Shown here in pieces: positions 23,041 through 35,705 of a DNA stretch of 38,929 bases. The notes under the pieces were generated by a model, which saw only the letters and a list, made by a program, of their open reading frames with translations, searched no databases and was not told the origin of the DNA. Location of the stretch: contig JBOZIK010000001.1 of assembly GCA_051453625.1 (NCBI GenBank), forward strand, positions 45,591,728 through 45,630,656, read 5' to 3'. The number at the start of each line of letters is the position of its first letter. Position 1 is the stretch's first letter. Both the position numbers and the translations under genes were made by a program. The stretch comes from Welwitschia mirabilis. Taxonomy: Eukaryota.

Positions 23041-24955
23041 ATTATTTTTATCACCATCCACTTACCGAAATTGTCGAAGAATGAGATAATTGAAATGGTT
23101 ACACACCACCCTCTGTTGTTATATATTATAATATCATTAGTTAAGGTCTGCAAAGCATCAATATATTTATAACTCACAAAGTTCATTCACACTTACAACG
23201 TGAGTCAATGACTCAGCATCGTCTGCCTCCTTGGTTTGCCAGATCAGGCTTATGACCTGCTTTGTGCTAGGATACTTTCTTTGACTGATATGAGATCTGC
23301 ACATGGATGATATGGCAATGATTTTGGACTTGACCAGAAAGATTGGACAACCAGACAACAAGAAGCAATCGATTGTCTTGAAATCATATACACTAGATCC
23401 TTAGAAAACCTTTCTCCCATTAACAACTCAATTTTGATTTATATCATTTGACATGTGTGCTCTCCAATTTCATCAAAAACTACAAGACAATTTGGGTTTA
23501 TGACTTTATATTGCTACTACAGATGTAGCATTCAATTAGAAAGCTAAATATAGAACTAGTTAGGATCTTATATTACAATTCTTTATGCCTGTAGTGGTGC
23601 TAAAGAAAGCAAAGAAATTGGTACTGTCCAGCAGGGTTGGAGAAATAAATGATGTGAAACATCCATCTCTCTAATTGGTGCTAAAACTTTTATCATTGTT
23701 TTGCTTCTATTTCACGAGCCATTTATGTATAAATGATCACATAAGGAAATATATATGTTGAAATTAAAAATCATGATGCGGCAGCCATTGCTTGTGGAGC
23801 TATGCAGGTTGGATAGTTGGATTGTTTTGTATGCATGCTGGGCCTCTCATGTCATGCCTGCTGGTTGTGAGCATCATTCTCACTCATCCTAAAAAAGGAC
23901 AAATAGAGTTAACCAAAAAAGCATGCAAGTTGATGAAAGGAAAAACAAACGATATAGCAACAAGCCTTAGCAGAGCACCAGTAGTCCCAAACCCAACCAA
24001 TCCCAATGCATCTAATATGAAACCAAAATAGCATGCCAGCAGCACATTTATCTATCAGTGCCGGCTTAGTTAATCCAACACATAGTTTGGCCTTTCAGAT
24101 AGAAAGAGAGAAAAAAGAAGAAGAAATCCATGATGTCATTACATTAGCATGGTTGCAACTTGTAAATCTTGAAGGGAAAGGAAGAATCCACTTGTTCAGA
24201 TTATTAAAGCGCCTGAAAAGGAGAAGGAGGACATCAAGCTACCTTGTGACTAGCCCATATAAAAATTTCCAAAGTGATTGCATAAAAGAGTTTTAAAAAA
24301 TAGGATATACAGAACGGGGATAACTGGGACTGCTTCAACATTTTTTAACATTACAGATATCAACTATTCAATAAGCCGCCTAGGTCTGTCTGCAAAATAG
24401 AAAGCTGCCAGCAATAGAGCCTGGCTCAAAAATAAAGATGAATTGAAGCATAAAGCTCTACAGAATGTTCAAACAGTCTAGAAAACTACCCTAAATCACG
24501 TGGCTCCATCTTTGATCTTACAAGACTTGTTGGTTTTAGAGTAGCAAACAACAATTTATTGAGAACACTTGTCTATTAAATAATATTTATGCTGTGCAAA
24601 ATCTGATCGAGGTGGCATTGTTTTCTTCTTACAAGCCTCTCCTAGACTACGTTAAATTCCTTCCATTTTAGTTTTGTTATTAAAGTACGTGAATTATTTG
24701 TTTTCAAATAAAAATGTATAGTAGTTGATATATGTGCATATAAAGAAAAGCGTTAACACTACAGTTTGCTTAGCATGTAAGAAAATACTGTGTTTTATTC
24801 TCCGTGAAGACTATGTTTGTTTGTATCTCAACTTAGCACGTAAATAAATGTAACATCCTATCGTGGGTGGAAACTCTGTGTGTGTGTGTGTGAAAACCTC
24901 ATGGAATTCCCACCTTTTGCGATCAAAAACAAAAAATGTCGATCTGATAACATAC

Positions 24956-25024
24956 CTGTATCCCATATGGACAGCTTCAATCTTTTCCCTCCGATTGTCA
25001 TATACTTTAACTTAAAGTCCACAC
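24956..25024 (-). CDS. RABC1: RabC1/Rab18-type small GTPase, coding exon 2
   Basis: TTGCAG|GT GTG GAC...ACA G|GTATG encodes (G)VDFKLKYMTIGGKRLKLSIWDT(A). 69 nt, phase 1-1, and joins exon 1 in frame. Confidence 0.95.
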
Positions 25025-26349
25025 CTGCAATAATCCTACCAACCATAAATCATGGGAAGTGAAGCAAAAACAATTTCTGGCTACATACTGGACACCCCCA
25101 ACATGTTCTTAGAAAAGGTAAAGATACATGCATTTAGGCATATTTAATACCTGTGAAGTAAAAGCCCGTTATAAAAAACCAAAAACAGAAAGGGGAAAAG
25201 GAGAAGTAATACTCGCTACATCATGATAGCATGCTTTAAGTATTAAATAGAGCAAACAGAATACACATATCATACTGAATGCAGGATAAAGCATTCTCAA
25301 CGAAAATAGACCAAGATAAAGGACCTTTAACGTCAGTAAGAAACTGCATTATGTGACCAACAGTCNNNNNNNNNNNNNNNNNNNNNNNNNNNNNNNNNNN
25401 NNNNNNNNNNNNNNNNNNNNNNNNNNNNNNNNNNNNNNNNNNNNNNNNNNNNNNNNNNNNNNNNNNNNNNNNNNNNNNNNNNNNNNNNNNNNNNNNNNNN
25501 NNNNNNNNNNNNNNNNNNNNNNNNNNNNNNNNNNNNNNNNNNNNNNNNNNNNNNNNNNNNNNNNNNNNNNNNNNNNNNNNNNNNNNNNNNNNNNNNNNNN
25601 NNNNNNNNNNNNNNNNNNNNNNNNNNNNNNNNNNNNNNNNNNNNNNNNNNNNNNNNNNNNNNNNNNNNNNNNNNNNNNNNNNNNNNNNNNNNNNNNNNNN
25701 NNNNNNNNNNNNNNNNNNNNNNNNNNNNNNNNNNNNNNNNNNNNNNNNNNNNNNNNNNNNNNNNNNNNNNNNNNNNNNNNNNNNNNNNNNNNNNNNNNNN
25801 NNNNNNNNNNNNNNNNNNNNNNNNNNNNNNNNNNNNNNNNNNNNNNNNNNNNNNNNNNNNNNNNNNNNNNNNNNNNNNNNNNNNNNNNNNNNNNNNNNNN
25901 NNNNNNNNNCAGTCAAGATACGCCTGTCTTTGTCATCTAGACTCAACAACGGGGAAAAAGCTGAGAAACCGGACAATAATGTTTAGACTTCCCTCTGTTC
26001 AAAAGCAACGTTCCACCGGAGCTAAAACACCCTAAAAACAATTGAGATCCAAGATTACAATCACATGAATGACAATAATGTTTGCGTGATTACGGCGAAC
26101 TTCTTTCTTGTAAGACGCCAAAACCCTATATTTTGAGGTTATACGCCTACCTCACAAAAACAGTAATTAATACATAAACCACTATTTCTCCCTTTCTGTT
26201 CTATTTTATCCTTCTTAATAATGTCAATAACAAGCATGCCATAAAATCCAACCTATTTTGAAACTTGTATGAATTAAAACATTTCCCAGATCTTCACACA
26301 TTTCACAAATGTATGAAAGATGACGAAGGGGAAGATTACGAGTGCTTAC

Positions 26350-26488
26350 CAATAGTAGGAGAGAGATCGTCAAAAGAATCAGAAGTAAATCGCAAAAGTA
26401 GGCTGCTTTTTCCAACACCTGAGTCCCCAATCAGCAGCAGTTTGAAGACATGATCAAATTCTGCCTGGTTTGCCGAAGAAGAAGCCAT
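26350..26488 (-). CDS. RABC1: RabC1/Rab18-type small GTPase, coding exon 1
   Basis: Translates as [47 protein letters not shown], with P-loop GDSGVGKS and the RabC1-like [14 protein letters not shown]. Donor G|GTAAGC. Confidence 0.95.
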
Positions 26489-27053
26489 CAAATTCAAGGC
26501 CTTTTCTGGATGAGCAAAAGATTTCTCGTGTCAACAGATCTAATATCCTTTGATTGGGTAGGAAACCGCTGCAACACTGTGAATTCAGACACAATTCTAG
26601 TCTCAAATACACAAGAATAACTAATTGGCTCGTCTCCTGTAGTCAACTGAGGTATTGCCAGATTGAATTAAGGGGAAATTACACAGAGAAGATTCAGATT
26701 CAGAGACCTCTAGTCCTCAAACGATGTTTGAAAAGCTTAAAAAGAAACGATAAAGCTAAAAGACAACAATACACAAAGCGATGTGAGTTTTCGAACTTTT
26801 TGCAAACCTACGGGAACCCTGACTGTAAACAAAATTGGCCGGACATTGGCTCTTGGCTATTGTGCAGCCTATTTTTTAATCACTAAGATTGCTCATGTCA
26901 ATTACAAATACTATGTGACAGGTAATGTGGCATGGCTATTACAATGGCCATACAGAATGGCCATCAAGTGAAAGAATGGTCCACCACGAGGTGTTAGAAC
27001 AATTAAGTGATATTTTTTATTAATTTTTATTAAATATAAACACTAATAAATTA

Positions 27054-27226
27054 TAGTTTAAATAGTTAAGTTATAATGATAAGGATGGGAGGTTGTGGGT
27101 TCAAACTTTAGTAAGTCAAAAAAACAAAATTAAAAAAAGTCAATTAAAATACTTTTTTAATCTTTAAACTATTTAATTTATTAAGTTATAATGGTAAGGA
27201 TGGGAGGTTATAGGTTTAAGTCTTAG
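27054..27226 (+). repeat. two ~46-bp direct repeats (27066, 27181) with tRNA A/B-box-like motifs, in AT-rich sequence
   Basis: ttaagttataatg(a/g)taaggatgggaggtt occurs twice. ggttcaaac at 27098 is B-box-like. Confidence 0.6.
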
Positions 27227-28849
27227 CCAATAAGAAAAAAGGAAAAAAAATTTAATTTTAAATATTGTTAATGTGGTAATTTATAATTAAAAAATATTTT
27301 AAAATGATTTTTAAAAAACTAAAATATTCTTAACTTCTTAAAATAATAAACTAATAAGTTATTAAAGATTAAAATATAATTAATTTGAAAATTTACTAAT
27401 AAATATCTTTGTAATATATGTGACATTCTAAATAAGAAAAACAAATAATTGTATGCTCTAACCTTTAACCTTTAAAAAGTAAGATATAATTTAATATTAA
27501 AAATATATTTTTGTTAAGTAATGTTACGAATCCTTTTAAATTCTTTTGGCCAATAGTAATTAAAATATTTTTTATTATCACTTTGTGTTTAGATAAAAGA
27601 TCAATCATTTAATTAGGGATGTATATCATGTTATTTAAATGTTTAGANNNNNNNNNNNNNNNNNNNNNNNNNNNNNNNNNNNNNNNNNNNNNNNNNNNNN
27701 NNNNNNNNNNNNNNNNNNNNNNNNNNNNNNNNNNNNNNNNNNNNNNNNNNNNNNNNNNNNNNNNNNNNNNNNNNNNNNNNNNNNNNNNNNNNNNNNNNNN
27801 NNNNNNNNNNNNNNNNNNNNNNNNNNNNNNNNNNNNNNNNNNNNNNNNNNNNNNNNNNNNNNNNNNNNNNNNNNNNNNNNNNNNNNNNNNNNNNNNNNNN
27901 NNNNNNNNNNNNNNNNNNNNNNNNNNNNNNNNNNNNNNNNNNNNNNNNNNNNNNNNNNNNNNNNNNNNNNNNNNNNNNNNNNNNNNNNNNNNNNNNNNNN
28001 NNNNNNNNNNNNNNNNNNNNNNNNNNNNNNNNNNNNNNNNNNNNNNNNNNNNNNNNNNNNNNNNNNNNNNNNNNNNNNNNNNNNNNNNNNNNNNNNNNNN
28101 NNNNNNNNNNNNNNNNNNNNNNNNNNNNNNNNNNNNNNNNNNNNNNNNNNNNNNNNNNNNNNNNNNNNNNNNNNNNNNNNNNNNNNNNNNNNNNNNNNNN
28201 NNNNNNNNNNNNNNNNNNNNNNNNNNNNNNNNNNNNNNNNNNNNNNNNNNNNNNNNNNNNNNNNNNNNNNNNNNNNNNNNNNNNNNNNNNNNNNNNNNNN
28301 NNNNNNNNNNNNNNNNNNNNNNNNNNNNNNNNNNNNNNNNNNNNNNNNNNNNNNNNNNNNNNNNNNNNNNNNNNNNNNNNNNNNNNNNNNNNNNNNNNNN
28401 NNNNNNNNNNNNNNNNNNNNNNNNNNNNNNNNNNNNNNNNNNNNNNNNNNNNNNNNNNNNNNNNNNNNNNNNNNNNNNNNNNNNNNNNNNNNNNNNNNNN
28501 NNNNNNNNNNNNNNNNNNNNNNNNNNNNNNNNNNNNNNNNNNNNNNNNNNNNNNNNNNNNNNNNNNNNNNNNNNNNNNNNNNTTCTTTTTACCTCCTTTT
28601 CTTATTTCAACTGGTAGGCATATCTTTCGTTAGGGATAGGTTTTGAGTAGTATAGAATCAATCCTTTTAGTTATTCAATAACCAAGGATCTTAAAACACT
28701 TTTAGATGTAAGTTATAAATAGTATAATGTCAATGTTTCTAGTTATTTAATAACCAAAGGCTTTACTTTGATGTTTGAAAATTCAATCACTTTTTTAAAT
28801 AACTTCTGTTTTTTTCCCCCAAATAGCGTTTGATCATCGTTTATCACTT

Positions 28850-29620
28850 GATTGTAGTTAAGCTAATTTATGATCTTTATTCAACATTTGATAAGTCCTG
28901 ATATTTTTTTACACATTGTTGTTCAGTGTCCAATAATGCTAGGGTTATTTATTCATCATTGTTTATTGTTTTAACAATGATGAGTGTTGATTTTTCAAGT
29001 AAATTAATTTAAAAAGTAGTTATAGAAGATCAAGTTTATTACATATATGCTTTCAATAGCTAAATAGTTTTCTTCAATCCTATAGTTCCAAATTATTCAA
29101 TAATTATTTTATAAACTTAAGTTCGAAAAAGTTACAGAAATATCTTGAAAACTTTCAATAAATATCGTTCATTATTATCTAGCAATAAGTAATGATTATT
29201 TCATTGAATAAATTATCAAAGATCATCATGCAAAGATCTCTAACAATATAAAATTAAAACAAAAAGTAATAATATGAGGTGACTGGAATAATCTATTCAT
29301 GTCATGAGGCTTAGTCTTAAATTACATGCTAATGGTCTAATTTGTGTCTGTTAAATTATGAACATCATCATTTTCAGAGTATCTATCATTGATTTCCTTG
29401 TGAAAGGGGGAATAAATCCCTCCACATTCAAATGGCCAAGCAATTGACAATACATCAACTATTATTTCTCCAGCTCTACCTACACATGTTCTAAGTGCTA
29501 GTAATGGCTTTGAAAGAACTATAAGACCTGATTCTAAAGGCAGAATAGCAAGTAATGCAATTGAATTTGTCCTTCCTAACAAAATTTTTGAGTAATATGC
29601 TTTTAAATCTATATTATAAT
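28850..29620 (-). pseudogene. highly degenerate gypsy (Tat/Athila-like) integrase fossil
   Basis: LRTC...VLSIAWPFE-(shift)-WRDL..PF resembles SPWPFAxWGxDxLGPF. Boundaries approximate. Confidence 0.33.
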
Positions 29621-31409
29621 GCATTTTTATTCAAGTTTTGAATTACTTACTTTATTCATTACCTTTTCTAAGGCAAATCTAATTTGCATTTTTGCACCAC
29701 AAATTAGTTGTTAGGCATGTTCACCATCATTTTTGAAAATTTTTCTTGGTCAATCTTGTGAATAAAGATTTTATTGATTAATCTCCTTGCATTCATACCT
29801 TCAAACATAAGCATGCATTATTAATTACAAATCACTCTAAATGTTACTAATCAGGCATTAAATTTAGTTTCATGCATGTTGGAATTATTAAATTTGTCAT
29901 TAATTTTTGAAAAATACAATCCTAAGATTGTTAAGCTTCTTAGAAATATTCTGCATAAAGAAACAGGGTTTTTGATATAGGTACATAAAAGAGATTTCTT
30001 GTCAAAATTGATTTGGGAAACAATAAACCATTTCTTTAATAAAAGGCTGGAAATTCTATTTTTAGTCAAGTGGTAGTTTATGTTAGTGTTTTAAATTCTT
30101 GTCATTGCTATCATGAAGAGGGTTAATTATTTTTTCCCATATTTGAAAGAGAAATAGAAATATAATGCCTTAAAACAAAATAACAAAATGAGAAGAATGC
30201 AAAAGAGCTTTAAGAAACTGCAAACCTCACATTGCCATTAGTAACATCTTCAAAGATAATATATTTAAAAATGTTAATGAAGGTGGAAAGAAAGTTTATT
30301 GGGAAGTACAAAACCTTTTATGAAGAACATTGTTAGTAACAAAGGGAAAGGGCTAGTTGCTGTAAATGAAAATGATTTTAAATTAGGTAAAGGATGGACG
30401 AGAAATGTGTTTAGAAATACCACTAAAAATCAACAAAGTACTTTTTCAAACAAAAATCCTATGCATCTAATGATATAGATTACTATTAAAAAATGAAAGT
30501 TTTCGTAGATATTTCATCTACAAATCCTTTCATGACACTTGAAAATATGAGGAAATAAAGACTAGTAATATTGTTGTAAACATCTTGGTTCTACTTATGG
30601 CCAAGGATTCCAAAACTATTTTTTCATGACTATAATTTATTAGAATATAAGGGGCCTCATTGATAGGCTCTAATGAAAAACAGCTAGTTTAATGATTAAC
30701 AATAATTTTGTTAATCTTTATTTCATTCTTTTTCAAGAAGTAAGGTTTTTTTTTTTTTTAAGCTATGAGTGTTATTTTTACTCAATTTATGAGTAAGGGT
30801 TCACTTATTTTTTTAAGTCGTAATAAACAAAAAGATAGTTCATGTATCATCATGAATAATAAATGGTCTAGTAACCTAGTTTGCAAAGGGAGGAACTCTT
30901 AAAATCAGTAACATAAGTAGTTCTTAAAGGACCAAATCATGTTAAAATATTTATGCAGAAGCAAATAAGACTATAAGAATGCTTTAACTCCATGATGTAA
31001 TTTAGAGTAACGGTGCTCTAATTCTATGGTAGAATTAAGCATAAATGTTTAAGTTGTTTTGTCATAGCAAAAATAAAAATTAAAATAACCAAAATATAAT
31101 ATTTTTCAAATGTTATTAAAGGTGAATAAATAATGATTTAGACTCAAGAATAAGACATTATTATAAATGATAGTATTTAGTTAAGTAGGTGGTTTGTGCA
31201 TAAACCACCTAACTTAGGCTTGTGTAACTTTAAGTGTTTTGTTATACTTCATCTACTTTAGATATATTTCTTATTTTTATTCTTCTTTAATGATTTTAAA
31301 ATAAATGATAGTGTTTTACTACGAAAAAAGAGTTGCATCATTTGAATGTGAAATGAAACCTATACTTTCATGTTTTATTAACCTAGTTAACAATTTTTGA
31401 ATCAATTAT

Positions 31410-31435
31410 ATTAACTTGCTAACATTTCCCCTCAA
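31410..31435 (-). mobile_element. copia-like PPT plus LTR start on the minus strand
   Basis: AATTGAGGGGAAA immediately followed by TGTTAG at 31424. No recognisable coding domain upstream. Confidence 0.3.
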
Positions 31436-32588
31436 TTTAACTTCATTTCACACTTAGACTTATTTGGATTTTAGATTCATCTAGATTTGTTTCGTTTTCA
31501 TCTTTTTAAGTTTGTCTTTCTCTATTACATTTCATCATCTTTAAAAAGTTATCCCATCTTTTGATTTTATTCTTAGAAATTAGTATGATAGTAATATTTT
31601 AAGGAAATCTATCGCTTCCATTTTTTAAGTGCCTTGTTTTCTTGAGATATTATTTTTGGTGTCTAGTCATTTGTTTACTTTTTTGTGCTTTAATACTTTA
31701 GCTTAAAGTTTTTTCAATTGAAACTAACAAATAATTTCTGTAGTAATTATTATTTTTATCTTTTTTTGTAGATGACTTATTATTCAAGTATTTATTTTAT
31801 GCAAGGACTTTTTTTGTCCCTGGATGAAGCTATAATATAACATAAACATAAAATACTTTACACAACTTTAATAAGACATGATATTTATAAGGAAAATATA
31901 CAAGGTAATATTATGTTTCATTTGATTAAAAACAACTTACATGAGCAAGTTAAAGAGCTTCTTTATCTCTACTTCTAGGTCTACTTCAGTGGCTTCATAA
32001 GTAATAGTTTATTTTGATACTTTTTATAGCTATTTCAAAAACCGCTCAAGCATCTTCTTTAGGTTCTACATGTTGGTAAAGCTTAAGAAGCTCTACTTGT
32101 TTAATGGCTTGACCTCAATGAAGCTTCTATAGTTAAGGATGAAGCTCATCAATTGTGTTTTAAGCTTCATTAATAATCCTTTATGCTTTATGATGAAACA
32201 TTTTAAGTTGAGCATGAAACTCATTAATAGTTCTTCATGCTTTGTTAACGGATTTTACTCTTTTATTCTTCTTTAATAAAATCTAAGCTTTCTCCCATTT
32301 GATCTGATTGACATAGGTCTATGTTTTATTATGATTATTTTCCTAGTAAGTGATTGCTATGAGATGCTTGTTAACATGGAAAAAAATGACATTCCAAGCA
32401 AGTATAATTGAACAATTTAGCATAGGAAGAAATATTAAATTCACTATTTTATCACAAAATGATGTTTCATACCTTTTTATTATTTTTGATAAACATATGA
32501 ACTTCACCCTGATATTAGCAGGTTTATTATTGGCTTCTTAATAATACTACCAATATTGAAAGATTTCTAGCATAAGATGCTAGCTTTT

Positions 32589-33460
32589 TGAGGAAATCTT
32601 GCATCAATTTCACATTCCTATATTAATTTGGAAAGTTCTTGATAATTAACTTATGGACTAAGTCAGAAGTAATTCAGAATAAATCTTCAAACCTCATGAC
32701 ACTTGGCGGAAGCATAAGATGACATGTCATAGCAACATGTGGTGGCAACAAGGATGATCACATGGAAGATGCATGACATGTAATTCATTAGTCGTGTCAT
32801 TATTAGTCAAAGAACATGTCATCACCATGTTTACATGATAAGACAGAGAATCTTTCTTGATGATTACATGCCAGATAGTTGTAGCTTCCTCCTTAAGTAA
32901 CTAGACTTAAGTAATCCTCCTCTGTAATCACTCACTAAATGCAATTATGACAAATACCTCCAAGCCCTCATTCATCTATAAAAGGGCGTTAAACCCCCAT
33001 TATAATGGATCTTTAGTTATCTTAGCATGGGAAATACTTGGAGCACTAGGATATCATGGCGTTATGATCACCTTTCTTAGGAGCAGAATATCCAAGGCTA
33101 GTTGAGGAGTCTTTTTCCTTCATCTTTCTCGATTTGATGTAATATCTCTCTTAGTTGTAATACAAGAATTAGTTTTCTTTCTTTCATTGTTGATGATCAT
33201 GCATGTGGTATTAGTAGTCTTTAGGTTAAGCTAGTTCTTAAGTAGGTTCTTTCTTTCATTATTAATGATTAGAAATTGTTATTAGCAATCTTTAAGTGTG
33301 CTTATTTAATATCAAGTTATTTCATATTGGGTGAGTTTTTTAAGGTTACCTTTGTGAATTATAGTTACTGTTATTTAATAGATCTTGTTCACTTTGGTTC
33401 ATGCTTTCCATGCTTATAAAGGGCTATGAAATATTAAGAGGACTAAATAACTCATCAACA
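32589..33460 (+). mobile_element. probable solo LTR (~870 bp)
   Basis: TGAGGAAAT...tctataaaagg (TATA)...ctcatcaaCA, with flanks ctttt/cttgt (4/5). No PBS or PPT adjacent. Confidence 0.45.
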
Positions 33461-34199
33461 CTTGTGTGATGGATGAGATTATGCCCCCACATTAAGCCTT
33501 AATGACTTGATAATTTTAGTTTATATTTCAGGATCCAAGAGTTATTTGAGCAAAGGTGAAGTGTTGGGAAAATTAGGTAGACCTTAGAGTACTTCTGTCC
33601 CTGATCATAGTTTATAGTGATTTGGACTTAAAACTAAGTTAAAAACTTAGTTATCATTCTTCCAAAAGGATAATTAGGATAAGCTAAATACAAATTACAT
33701 AATCTCTTACCAACTTGTAAGTTACAAAAAGAAAGAAAAAGAAAAGGAAAAGAAGAGGGACTTGAGATTTTTCTTTTGAAACTTCATTGTAAAAGTAGAA
33801 AGTAAGCAAGCTCCAAGTGTGGCCGATTTGTTCTTCTATAATTCATCATTTAACCATATATAATACTAACCTAGAATAAAATTCAAACCATTAATTGTAA
33901 AATCTTGAGTTATCATAACATAATCTCATTCATCATTTATGTTTTGATGAATTTTACAGTCACTGATCCCATAACCTTACAATAAAAATGGAAAGTATAA
34001 ACTAACTGTGCATAAGATCTATTGACCAAATTAAAACTTGATAGTACATTATCCCTTGAGCATTCATAGTACAAAATTAAATAAAACTAAGGATCAATAG
34101 GAAATAAATTTGTAGTATTAAATCAAGTAAAATGCACATTATATCAAAGATGAAAGAAAGCAAAAAGGACCCCTAAATCTCCTTGTAACAAGCTCACTC

Positions 34200-35705
34200 C
34201 CAAAAGAAGTACTCATAAGGTCATTGTGCCTTGATGAAAGATGATTACAAATGAAGGATCAATGTTCTTTTACAGGTCAGGGTAGGGTTAAGATGATTGA
34301 GAGCCTTTGGCTTATAGCATTAGGTAGAATCATCATCTTTTAGCATTTAGTAGATAAGATTTTATCACGTTTAGCCTTTCAAGGTTTAAAGATCTAGTCT
34401 AAAAATTTGGAAAAAATAAATTTTGTTATTATAGGGTCCACAAGCTAAATTAGTTATTGTACTTGTTATTACTATCATTGAGATATAGTTATATTATGAA
34501 AAATTTATGCTGCAACTTCTTATTTTAAGTCTTTTCATTTGTAATAGACATAATATTATTCTTATTGTAAATTCTTAGTAATTTTGGGGCTAAGGTAGTG
34601 GTTAAAGTAGTGGTCATATTAGTGGATAAGTTAATGGTTGCCTTTATTTAAACATGGAAGTTATATTACTGAGGTGGTTCATTTTATTCTTTATTTGAAT
34701 AAATGCATTATTATTTATTAAGATAAAATATTAGGCACCCAGTGGTCTAGCAAAGTAATGAAATCCCCATTACTTCCACCACCTTAACCACTTCCACCAC
34801 TTCCATACCTTCACCACTTGCATCACTTCCACCACCTTCACCACCTTCACCACCATGTTTATGATGGTGTCTCTTCACGTTCTTATGTATTTTTCATATC
34901 CTACATCCTCTACTATAAATAGGACCTTCTGCCCCTCTTATTTCATGTCTTGAGAAAGCCTTCACTANNNNNNNNNNAACTTGGAGCTTGGAAGTCCTTG
35001 GAATTTTGAATCTCTAAAAGTTTTCAAATCTTCATCTTAATTTCAATATGGTTTTTGTCTTAGTGTATTGCCTTGCATGGTTTTTGGCTTGGATTATTTT
35101 CTTGTATGGTTTTTGGCTTAGTTATTTTCTTGCATTTCCTTTCTGCTTCGTAATGCTTGCATTCTTAAAAGCTTTGTTTGCTATCTTACATATTGTTGAA
35201 GCTTGCAAGTTCTATTCATAAACCTTATATCATATTTACGATTCTTTCACCTCAGCCCTTACTCATATTAATTTAAGCTTGTGACCTTTTGTTGACCTAT
35301 ATCGATATATTCTAAATTGCTAAAAACTTCCTCTAGTGAGTAAAGAGAGAAAATTAACCTTCTCTAAATGTGTTGGTTTGGATTATAATAAATTACCTCC
35401 AAAGAGTAAAGAGAGTAAATGGTCCCTTTTGGATGAGTGCAACCAAATAAATTAAACACGTTGTTTTGTTCATGTCTTGCAATGTACTTTGAATTGTTGA
35501 TAGTACATCTTGGATTATCTTGATCACACTTTAGTTTTTCTTGAGAATCCTATCTTATGACTATAATCCCCTTATCTAAACCTTATCATGGATCATACTG
35601 GGAACTATGAAGGTTATAATTCTCATGCCATGCTTGTGTATGTAGGACCTGCTGTGACAAAGACTATGGGATGGGCTAGCTAATGCAATATGGATTGATT
35701 GCTAT
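34200..35705 (+). pseudogene. PIF/Harbinger (HARBI1-like) transposase fossil interrupted by a solo LTR
   Basis: Motifs occur in the expected order across frameshifts: THKVI (TQNVL), *HLVD (YYLVD), LAFQG (LAPYRG), GPQAK.L..L...SLR (PQxAKELFNxRHSSLR). After the LTR come IVLSCLAM (IVLACxxLHNF) and LWDGLANAIWID (RDxIANxMWxD). Confidence 0.5.
34540..35458 (+). mobile_element. probable solo LTR (~920 bp)
   Basis: TGTAATAGAC...ctataaatagg (TATA)...attaaaCA, with flanks catt/cgtt. Internal ccacttccaccac repeats (34771-34855) and ~30-bp atggtttttg repeats (35046-35135). Confidence 0.5.

Noticed and set aside
23066..23147. Minus-strand TTTGCAG...G|GTAAGT segment as RabC1 exon 3 (TLT...RG)
   Set aside because: It lacks AGQERF and gives a stop in the phase required by exon 2. 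At most it is a cryptic exon.
24400..24420. 12-nt match to miR167 (aagctgccagca)
   Set aside because: Partial match with no star sequence or hairpin visible.
31900..32300. Minus-strand degenerate coiled-coil-like repeated coding sequence
   Set aside because: Many stops and no recognisable domain; it is probably TE internal sequence but cannot be assigned.
34771..35135. Short repeat arrays as CRISPR-like or satellite structures
   Set aside because: Degenerate tandem motifs with no unique spacers, inside an LTR-like segment of a eukaryotic genome.
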